From Ostrea edulis (Eukaryota): a stretch of DNA of 64,000 nucleotides. Positions 45,901 through 57,900 of this stretch are shown one piece after another. The DNA is taken from contig NC_079167.1 of the NCBI RefSeq assembly GCF_947568905.1, positions 6,820,001-6,884,000 of the forward strand, in the 5' to 3' direction. Made by a program: the position numbers and the translations under genes. The first letter of the stretch is position 1, and every line of letters starts with the position of its first letter. The notes below the pieces were generated by a model that did not search any database, was not told where the DNA came from, and saw nothing but the letters and a program-made list of their open reading frames with translations.

Positions 45901-48900
45901 CATAAACTGGTTGTGTAGATTACAAATAAATATTATGAAAGAGTGAATTTTATTTACATTAGCTGGTGGAATACATTAAACTGATCATATCAAAAAGAAA
46001 TTGTTTGAATTAGACTGATGAATTAAATCTGTAATTTTATCTTTCATTTCCTCTTTGACACGGTTGACACTTTTAACAAAGAAATATGGTGAATTTCGAG
46101 TTTTGTTCAAGTTATTTCATTCTCAAATACTCCTTAACTTACTGAATTTGAGTTTCCCTTCAGTTTGGGTGTTTGCATATAGCAGCTGGTAATCCTCCTT
46201 TCAGCAATATATGAATGTACCCAATGCGTGTGGATGAAAATAGGTTTTGCATCTCACTGTACGTAAGAGTTCACGAAAAGGAAACAACTACAGGGCAACT
46301 AGGAAATTGTGTATTATGATGTACATGTAATCCTCCTCTTTGATGTGTATGATAGGCTTACTTTTACAACTTTTTTGACAAGATCTGGAGATTTCTTCAC
46401 CCATCCAGCCTCTTTCTGCTGTTGCAAATCTTCAAATTTCTTGTCTACATCTTCTACCTTTATAAAATCAATGTACCATCAAGATTTCAGATGTGCTGAG
46501 TTCTAATAACAATTCAAAAGTTGGTTGTTTTTGATTGTGACAGACTCAGTATTTTACAATATTCAGTACCTGAAAATAAATCATATCCCAGAATCCCTGA
46601 AGATCTGTAAAAGTTGTCTCCTTCTCACCAAGTTTGAACTCACAGTTGTCCACTAAGCCAATAAACTGTTTAAATCTCTGTGCTATCAACAGCTTGGCTT
46701 GCCCTATCACTGAGCGGATTTGTCCTTGAACTAAAAACATAACAATAGGCATAACTTTTATTTATGGGCATACGCAACATTTCTCAAAAATACATAATTT
46801 TTCTTGACATTTCACGTACAATTCGCTCGCATCATATCTCTTTTCCACAAAAAATCTTGGAGTATATTACCATATCTGTTTTAGAACTAGCAAATTTTGA
46901 TAGTTCCCATGTCAGTTCTTATGTATTACATATATTACAGTAAGTTGTATAAAGGGGCATTGCTGTAGCAAAGAAGGATAAGAAAAATCTTTTTAACAGG
47001 GTATCAAACCCAGGACCCTTGCATTACTAGTTAGGTGATCTAATCACTGAGCTACGAAGGCTGATATATAAAGTATGGTAATATTAATTACTACAATATA
47101 AAATTTAAAAAAATTATAGGAATCATACAAGAATTCTTCATATCAAAGAAATAAAAAAATAATCTTAGAGAAAATGTCAGAAATGTCGCATATATATGTC
47201 CTTAAATTGGAACAAATGATTGAACAGTCTGATAAAAGTAAGCAAAATAACAATAAATCAATAGACAGAAAATAGTCATAAATACTTATGATTAAAGTGT
47301 AATGCTACCAAATATAGTTCAATGTAATATTGATGCGAAGAATTGCTGTGTGAAACACTAAATACCTTATAAGATCATCAAATAGAGCTGAGAGGGGTAT
47401 ATATTTGGTAATTTGGGCATTCAGCTAATCTGATAATATTTTCTCCTGACAAGTAGGCTACTGGATTAAGGGGAACTCCCTGCATCTGAATTTAGTAATT
47501 CAGCATTATTGTTTAACTACTAATACATGTACAGCCAATAACATGCTTCTTGGAAATGAACACTCAGAGCAGGTCTTAACGATCAGTTTTTTATCATCAA
47601 GAGATGCAGCATTTCTTCCCCATGTGATCAATCTAAGGTTTCTGTGAAAATTTAGGCTAAAAATGACCACTGCATCCTAAGAAAAGAAGTGGGCAGTCAT
47701 CCGGAAAAATAAAGTTATTCTTACAAGTTCTATTGCAACTAGCAGTTAGGGGATAAATTTGTAAAAATTCTGTACCTTCATGAGTACATGTAAATAATGG
47801 TGCATAATTTGATTAGTAAATGAATACCTTCTTCTGAGAGATCAGGAGTATTGATGGCTTCCCATTTCTCACATACAACATTGTATCTGGTTGTCTCAGA
47901 AGACACAAGGTTCCTAAAATAGTTTACATCATGTTCTGGCTCAGATCTTCTTTCTGTGAAAAAAAATTAAGAGAGCTGGTGTAACAGGATTATTATACAC
48001 CTATTTACTGGCTATGAGGACAATAGCAAGTTTATTGTCCCCCAAGACAGCAACTATTTCCCCGAGGCGCAGCTGTCGAGGGGGACAATTAACTTGCTAT
48101 TGTCCGAATAGTCAGTAAATAGGTGTTTTACCAATACCAAAGTAGACTTTAATACTTGTATCAGACATACCAAAGTGAAGTTAAACTAATTAGAGTTATT
48201 GGACTTTGACGTCAAAAATTTGATAACACTAGAGATATTCCAAAAAAGAAAACGTGGGAAAATATAGCATCCGGTAAATAGTTTCGAGACTATTTCCCTA
48301 GGGCAGATAGTTCAGAAACTATTTCACGGCTAGCGTTATCCAGAAGAAATAGCAAATTTATTCACCTAACATTTATATAGTAATTTGGTTTATCTACACA
48401 ATAAAATATCTTCAAACCAAAAGGAATAAAGAAAACAGAAATTCAGTTTCATAATTTTGCTGTGGGACGTTAAAGGGGCATGGACACGATTAGAGCTGAA
48501 AATTTTATTTTTCCATTTTTATTGTTTACAATGCTTAACTAAAGTATTTCTAATGGTCATCCAAAATTTTAATATCAGTTGTTGAGTTACAAGTGAGATA
48601 CAGCACTCATAATTCTTTGGTATGTAAATAAGACTCATGCTATGTTTTTGTTTAGTTTACATATAGATTGCTTAATAGAAAATAGCATTTTTAAAACAAA
48701 ATGAGATGTGCCAAACATTAGAAACTATTAAATTGTGTTCAGAATTAACTTATAAATTGAAAAAAATCTGCTTTAAACAAAACTTTTACAAGTATATTAA
48801 ACCTATGTAAATAAAAACATGGCACAAGTCTTGTTTACACAACAAAAAATTGTGAGCTCTGTATCTCCCATGTACCTTGATAACCGACATTAAATTTTTT

Positions 48901-51900
48901 GCTGACCATTAGCAATCCCATGTTAAGCATTCTAAACATTACAAATGGAAAAATAAAATTTTAAAATTTTCAGCTCAAATTGCATGCATGCCCCTTTTAA
49001 AGACAGATCCATGGAATACTGTTATGCCCCCTCCCCACGTCATAACACCCATTTTGTAGCTTATTTCAATCTTTTTCTTGAAAGTTTTCAAAGAGAAAAA
49101 AAAATCTAATATATGTAGGACCACAATATTGCAGTATGAATATTGTATCATATTGGAAAAATCTGGCCAATATGCAGCCCTACCCTGGCATTCTCTCAAC
49201 AGAGGGCGCATTACACAAGCTTATATATATTTCTGTCAATGTTTGGAAAATAGTTCCTACATCATATGTCAATTTAATCACATGATATAAACAATCAGTA
49301 ATTTGTCGTGGTATTAAAGCAATGTACCAAATATCAAACAGGACGAACAAACTCAGGGCTCGAAATATTCACAAAATGTGAGTACATTTGAAAAATAGCG
49401 AGTAAAAATTGTGGACACCCGAAAATCTTAGTGAGTGTTGATTCACAAACCATGATCGCATTGTATGCATTTTATACGGTGACGCGCAATTCATTTTTCT
49501 TAAACTTGCACTTAGAATCATACAAACGCTTCCATGAACGACCAATTTCAACAATAATTTTTTAAAGAAACTCAGAGTCAAGTAAATGCTTTAAAGGTCG
49601 GACATCACATCATCATGAAAAATAGATATGTGCCAGGAGTCCTGTTCACTTATAGAGATGATTAAATTGAATTCAAGTATGAGGTTTTTGTTATTCATTT
49701 CAATTTCAATAAGGATAATCAGCAAAATCCACTATGTAGACATCCCGCTGATCTTTACAAAAAATCTGAGTCTATATTTGACCAATTCTTCTGGTAGCTA
49801 TTTTTATCAGAATGAAAAGTAGCATCGTTTGTTATCATTAAAATTAAAATTCATAGTTAACAGTGTATCAAATTTTCTCATTGATGCCATCACATTGTTG
49901 AGTGCGCAAGACATTCAAAGAGTTCCGATTGACTGATGCTCCCCCCCCCCCCCCTTACAACATTTTGGTGAATAATTTTCAAAGTAGGTCAATTTCAAGG
50001 TCACAAGGCCAACAAATTTGGTACCAATGGAAAGATCTCAAAAGATATGGCTCATATTAGAATTTTCTAAAAGTAGGTCAAAGGTCAATTCAAAACTCAC
50101 CAGGTCAAAGATTTTGGTACCAATGGAAAGGTCTTGCCACAAGGAATACACATGCCAAATATGAAAGCTCTATCTCTTATGTTGTAAAAGATATGACCAA
50201 GGCTAATTTTTTGGGGGGGAAATTTCCAAAAACTAGGTCAATGGTTAATGTAAAAAAAAATCTGGTATCATTGGAAAGGTATTCTCACAAAAAATGCACA
50301 TGCTTAATATAAAAACAGTGCCTCTTAAAATTTGTAAAAATCTCAACCCCTGCACTCAAATCGACTGCGTATCGATTGCCTGATAATTGTTACATCACTA
50401 ACAATGTTAAGAAATTTTACCAGTACTAATGGATGCAGTGTCTGAGTCTTGCTGTGCTTTTGGTGAGTCTGACGCTGCTACCTCCATCTGCTCAACACTT
50501 GTCTGAACAGCAGTCGGCTCTGCATCATATTCATCAGCTGATAAAGAGGAATTCAGGTTGGCCAATATAACCTTGGAAATATCTAGGTCATTCTGAACTT
50601 CCTCCTTTGGTGGTAAATTGAGGTCATCAAGGTCAAGTTCCAAGTTTAAAACTGGCATTCTTGCTGAAAAGCAATGTAGAACAAGAATTCACATTCTAGG
50701 TTTCCTTTTATCACAAAATTCAGATTTCATATCATCTAAATTAAAACTAAATTGCTACTTTCTACTTACACACAGGTGATTTTTGTTTAGGAGTTCTGCG
50801 ACTCATTTCTACCATCGGACTGCTCTTAAGGATCTCTACCCTATTACAAATAAATATTATCTAACATTAATTAACAGGAATACAATTAATCTCTATACAA
50901 ATAGGAATTTTCTGTATACAAAAGAACATTTTTGGTTGATTAAAACCCTTTTGGTCATAATACGAAAGTACACAAAGTAGACTGACCATTCCTCGGGACT
51001 CTTTGCTACATGAAGCGTATGTCGTCTCTGTTTTGGCTTGGTACGTTTGGTAGACATGGACTCAGATGGTAACTTGAAGCCATCCACCACAGCCAAGGAG
51101 CGACGAGTGATCTTTTTTGGCTTTGAGTTTTCTTTGTCACCAGCTGTAAAGTCTTCTTGCATTACGACAAAATCTGGTCTCATCCTGATCGATCGTCTGG
51201 ATTTTCTCCTTGGTGCTGGAGAGGAATTGCCTTCCGAAAACACCTCATTGGTCTCTTCTTTTTCAGCCAGCAATGCTTCAGTATCATCAGAAGTGTCAGG
51301 TTCTGGTTTTAACAAAATTCCACTGGCTTTTGCCGAGATTTCTTCTTCTATATTAGTACTTGGGACATCTTCTGTGAGTTTTCCTTTTGATGGTGTAGAT
51401 CGTCTTGATCTTCTGTTTGGTAACGGAGAAGGTTTTGGCTGATGAGATACTTGATTGGTATCCTCGGTCACTTCGACTGTTAGGCTATGTTCACTAAGTG
51501 TAACAGTTCTTTTGGAAGCCACCTCATCCATAACCTGGTTTTCACTAGTTTCTGTAGACTCTGTAAACTTTTCATTTTTCTCCTCCTTGTCCCAACTATC
51601 CACAATTTGATCTGTTTCATCATCTGTAGGCTTTTCCTGCTGCTCAGGAGAAGTCATCACATCCACCTGGACACCACCACTGGGGTTCATATTGACAGAC
51701 CTCCGGGATTTTCTTCGTTTTGTTGTGCTTCCTTCCTCTTGACTATGGGATCTTTTTCTAGAGCGAGACCTTGATGGCAGCTCTCTGCTAGATGACCTTG
51801 TTCTTGACTTTGTAGAAGCGACGGAAGCATTGTTAATAGACTTCCTGGAACGCGATGGAGTTCTTCCTGTAGATTTTCGGGATGAACAGTAAGTTTCTTT

Positions 51901-54900
51901 TCCCCCATGACTTGAATTCATTGCTTTAGATTCTGTTTCCTTTGCAGATGAATTCTTGGCAAATGACAAAGATTCACTTTTCTGAGTGATATATTTAGTT
52001 AGAGACCTAGTTTGTCTCCTGGTTTCTAGTAACTCTGTAGATGTTTCTGCTAAGTAATCATCATTCATGCCTTGCTGATGCTTGCCAACTCTACCATTTC
52101 TGTTCTCTTTAAAATTTTCTGAAATCAATCAAATTCTTCTATACATAAAATCCTTTTCTAAATATACTGTAAACATGAAAAGCAAGACATCACATTAATT
52201 AAAACATAATTCAAATGTAATAATATCGTTCCTGCTATATCTCAAACACACTATGTAGTTTACAGGGTTGCAAATAACAGTCAAAATTTAAGGGGCCATG
52301 TGGGCCCCCAAACTTTACCGACATTACTAGCCCACACAAATATTTTGGGGCCCACAGTTGCAAATAACAATTTTATCATTAATTTATCTATAAAAAGAAA
52401 AAAACTCTTATGACAATATCAGGTGTTGTTTTATTTCAATTCTATTTCATGTTCAGTCAAACTCATACACTGTCCGTTCATACTATCATATTCACTTTCA
52501 GTTTGACTGTTTCACTCCCACACTCTACACCCTCATTCTGTAAACTTTCATTCCCTTTCTCAGCTCTTTCATCTACAATATCCTCTCTTTCTAAACTTTC
52601 ATCCTCAATATCCTCAACTCTCTCTCAACATCAGTCCTCTGACTTTACTGTGTCTGTATTAATTACCAACCATGCACGTTTTCCTGCCCGTTTCAAAAAA
52701 ATATTTCGGAGAAATAATATTTGAGATCTTTGCATTTTTCAGTGCACTCCTTCCATGGATTTCCACATGTTTACTTTCCCATAGTCATCATCAATATAAT
52801 GTTGACTCACTTCAAGATTTATAAAGCATTGTATCGATAATAAAACAGTAAATATGAAAGTTAATTTAATGATTTAATAGTCAAGTCAACCTGCGAGCGG
52901 ATTCTGGAAAAGTTCCGGGAAACTTTTACTCACCAGGTGGGCGAGAAGATTTTCATAATTTGTTGCACACAAATAAAATTACTCACATTGCAAGTGTTTA
53001 TTTGCAACCCTGGTTTAGTATCAATGCAGTTTAGAATATGTTCTAGATATTGCAACAGTACTTGTCTTCTGCTATCAAGACTATGTCTCAAACACACCAC
53101 ACCATATAATATCAATACAGCCTATGATACTGGTATGTCTCAAACACACCACACCATATAATATCAATACAGCCTATGATACCGGTATGCTCTTCGACAG
53201 TGCTACAGTATTGGTCTCTTGCTCATCATGACTGTATCAACACAACCACACTAGATCGTATCAATGCAGCCTACAATATGCTCTAGACAGTACTATATAT
53301 AGTATCAATGCAGCCTACAATATGCTCTAGACAGTACTATATATAGTATCAATGCAGCCTACAATATGCTCTAGACAGTGCTACAGTACTATTTATAGTA
53401 TCAATGCAGCCTACAATATGCTCTAGACAGTACTACAGTACTATTTATAGTATCAATGCAGCCTACAATATGCTCTAGACAGTGCTACAGTACTATATAT
53501 AGTATCAATGCAGCCTACAATATGCTCTAGACAGTGCTACAGTACTATATATAGTATCAATGCAGCCTACAATATGCTCTAGACAGTGCTACAGTACTAT
53601 ATATAGTATCAATGCAGCCTACAATATGCTCTAGACAGTACTACAGTACTATATATAGTATCAATGCAGCCTACAATATGCTCTAGACAGTACTACAGTA
53701 CTATATATAGTATCAATGCAGCCTACAATATGCTCTAGACAGTACTACAGTACTATATATAGTATCAATGCAGCCTACAATATGCTCTAGACAGTGCTAC
53801 AGTACCTGTTTCTTGCTCATCAGTAGCTATAACAACACTTGCTGCTCTTTCTCTTTTGGGCGTTGAACATCTAATAAATAAAAAAAAAATCAATTCAAGA
53901 ACAGAAATGGCCAGGTTGCATTGAAATATGTTATCTATCATAGAGATAGCAGTACAAAACATACTGGAAAAATGACATATCAAATGCACAATTTCTTAAA
54001 AAAGCAGAAGCACTTTTGAAAATGACAAAGTTTAACTACATCATGTAAGGGGCCTTAGAAAAATCGATGATTCTGTAAAGAAAACAAGAAATACAGAGCT
54101 GGACTTTATTTTCGAATATTCATCAATCCTAACACAATCAAAATAATCACATTTTCTACTGAAATAATCAATTTCCCCATCGATTGGGCATGTGTGTACT
54201 GAGTTTCACTTGTTGAAACTGGGTTTTCACTTGCCTCGGGCAATCGGACAACCGTTAATGTCGATCCCTGTGCAGTGCATGGATTCAGAATTCCGTTTGA
54301 TTTGTGTCTAAATTGACACTCCTTATTATAAATGTAAAAGCACTAACTATTGTTGGATCACTGAGACTTCCCATAAATAATAAGTGAATGAAAGTGAAGT
54401 TGCTACACCATCATCTATGTTTCACATCATTCAATTTCTTTCTATTAGCCTCTTATATAGCTCGAGGAAAATGACTTTAACCATGTTTATCTAAGCAGGA
54501 AGTGGAGTAGCTCCTGATCTGTAGCTCTCTGGGAAAATACTGGGACAGACCAGAAAGCAACAGATCCACCCCTTATAAAAATCTGCAATTTACAACACAG
54601 AAAGTTGAGGTTTTAAATCGAGGAATTCCTGCATTGCCATCTCAAAAATTTATTATACAAAATTCCTTACACATTTTCTCACTCTAATTGCATCAGAGTT
54701 GTCACTAACACAAGATTGTCCCACCCTAACGTATAATGTTATCAATCATAAGTGAGACAGCGTGATAACAAATCATATGAAGCTTCTATTCTTTAAATCT
54801 TGATGGCATAAATGTACCTTCCAAGGTCTGTTGCAAGAAATGCAGCACTCTCATCTGGATTGTTGGAGGACAAAAAGTTTTCAGAGCTGGTGGGGCTGAG

Positions 54901-57900
54901 AGGCTTAAAGACAAAGGAGGCCAGGTTGTTGGGAGCAGTAAAAGTGAACTCTTCAGGAGCAAATGACATTCCTCGTGTTGTGGACACTTTCTTTAAATCC
55001 ACTGATTTGGATGCACTCTTTTTGCAAGTTGTTTTATTTTTCAATTTTCTGTCAACATCCTGCACAGATTGTAATGTTTTAGCTGTAATAAAAAAGAAAA
55101 AGAGAGAATCAGTAAAACTACCTAAACCATAAGTAACATATGATTACTGACGTAAATATATCTAGACTAGGTAAGCCAGTGGCATGAAACAATAATAAAT
55201 GTAAATGAAACTTTCTAAAATCTTAGTATAAAGGACCCTCTATACAAAAATGTCCAAATTACACAATGGTTCTTGTCATTGTAGGGAGTTAAGGGTTATC
55301 GCCTCTGAAAATCAGTAATAAAGTGCACCTCCACGACACGATACCCCCTTCAGATATTTATTCATTATTCATAAATTATCATTATTATTATTTATAAACA
55401 GATAAATGTGCATGACACAAAATCATGTCAACCTTAATTAGTGCAAAGATTGCACCAATACAGTGGAACCTCACTTTTACGTTCCCCATTTATTACGTTA
55501 AACCACATATTATGTTGAAATTTTAAAGCACAAAACCATTTCTTGACAAACCTATATATAATAGACCTGATTATTACATTGCTCCAAGATGCATCGACTC
55601 GGAATTACGTTGTAAAAATTCTGACAAAAACGCAACAAACCCCTAAAATTATTCAATAGTAATTCTCAAGATAATCAGCCATTTACACGCAGACTGCCCC
55701 AGACGGTCAGCATGTAAATTTCCTGGTCTGTTAGGGGATTAGAGATGCTTAATTGATCATGCTTTGACAGATCTAGGGACATCAATACAGGTGAATACCA
55801 ACTATTGAAGCCAGTGATAAACAATAAGATAATGTTTATCTAGAAATTGTACTCTGTAACTAAGTTTATTCATTTTGCTTATTTTGATAACTGAAGAAAT
55901 GATAATTTCTCAGCAACATGCGTGATTACTTTCGCTATTAAAACTCCATTTTTGGACAGCTTTGGTATCAAACATAATTTGGACAATATTTATCATAACA
56001 ATGTTAACACAGCTTGGGTAACGGATTGGACAGGGTGAAGTGACAAAAGGAGCCAGCACCAATATTTGTGTATTAAACAGTGTTCAGCAATTTATAACTT
56101 GTCAATGACAATATCTTTATTCTCTTAAACTGATTTACAGTGTAGAGAAATCAGTTATTTTGACATATACATGTAGCTTGGGTGTAATTAGATCTCAACC
56201 AGTTTAGAGGATAAGTGTGGGGAGATTGTTGTGAAGGAAAAAAAAAACAGAAGAAGATAATGGAATTTAACAACTGGATTCCCTAAACGTGATTGAATAT
56301 GTTTTTATAAGTTTTTCCCACAGTGTAATGTTTAAATTACATGAATTTCATGCTACTGTTGAGGTAAGGAAAATGTTCTCTAGTTTTGATGTTTGTGCTT
56401 TTGAAAATAAAAATAGAACTGAATAAAAATGAATGTTGAATAGGAACCGGAATGAGTTATTGAGAGAAATTTATAAGAACCCATCGAGTAGTTAAACAAG
56501 AAAGTGGAAGTTGAAAAAATGTCGGCAACTAATGCAGATAAGCAAAGCTCATCAAAACATTAAGTATCCTACACCAAAAATAACGAAAAGGGATAAGAAC
56601 ATGAAGAATTACAGACATTTAAGATGTAAATAAAACAGTGTCATAGTCTTTTAAACAAAGAAACAGTAAAGATGTATTCACACACCCATTCTATGTAGTA
56701 TCAAGGGAATAAATACTCCAAATGATGTTTTTAACCGATTTCACAGGCAGCATTTATTAAGTTGCTGGAACTTTTCTACCAAAAATTATTTACTACCCTT
56801 TTCCCATAAAGGGGGAAAATTGAGAGCCACAAGCTCAAACTGTGTGAAAGGCGTGAAGCATCAAGGGGGTCCGTGAGCATGCCCCCCCCCCCCCCCCCCC
56901 ACAATTATGTTTAAATGGTGCAAAATCATGCAATCTGAGCATACCAAAGTCTGCTTTTCAAAGATCTAAAATACATCCATATTACTGCTTCGAACTTACA
57001 AAATCCATCTACAATTGTCGTATTGGTCAACATGACATGGAATGAAGACCCAGATTACGACATTCATTAAGATGTTTTACACAGATGTGAACAAAGAATA
57101 TATTTAACAAATGTCTGAATGATAAAAATACCTGTATAGGAAAATGCAGATCCCGAATTTATCTAGATATGTTACATGCGTAAATTTCGTGCAAATCAAA
57201 AGGAATTTATTTTATTTTTTTTAACAAAAGAGGAAAATTATTCTCCTAAAGAGAAAAATTTGACTTATTTTGGATTGGGAATACTTTCGAATTTTGACAG
57301 TAACTTAGACCTTGAAAAATCCCTGCGTTGCCCACAGTGTTACATTATTTTATTGTGGAAAAATGAGAAACTTAATAACTGGGTTCCACTATATCATTCA
57401 GTGAATGGCAAGTAAAACTGCATAACTGGCCTTGAAAATAAAATTTACATTAATTGCAGAAAAGAATAAAAAACCATAATCATATACAAGATCTAAAATG
57501 TGTTAACAGATTGATAACATAGAAATGATGGTGGCTGGATTTATCCTGTGTTAACAGATTGATAACATAGAAATGTGTGTTAACAGATTGATAACATAGA
57601 AATGTGTGTTAACAGATTAATAACATAGAAATGTGTGTTAACAGATTGATAACATAGAAATGTGTGTTAACAGATTGATAACATAGAAATGTGTGTTAAC
57701 AGATTAATAACATAGAAATGTGTGTTAACAGATTGATAACATAGAAATGTGTGTTAACAGATTGATAACATAGAAATGTGTGTTAACAGATTAATAACAT
57801 AGAAATGATGGTGGCTGGATTTATCCTGTGTTAACAGATTGATAACATAGAAATGATGGTGGCTGGATTTATCCTGTGTTAACAGATTAATAACATAGAA

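Noticed and set aside
50664-50735. Alternative acceptor at 50736 for DLGAP5 exon 8
   Set aside because: It introduces an in-frame TGA; the 50664 acceptor plus the 71-nt exon gives an open frame.
51038-51774. Plus-strand ORFs 51038-51442 and 51487-51774 (also 54812-55132, 43850-44287, 14129-14467)
   Set aside because: Antisense shadows of real minus-strand exons.
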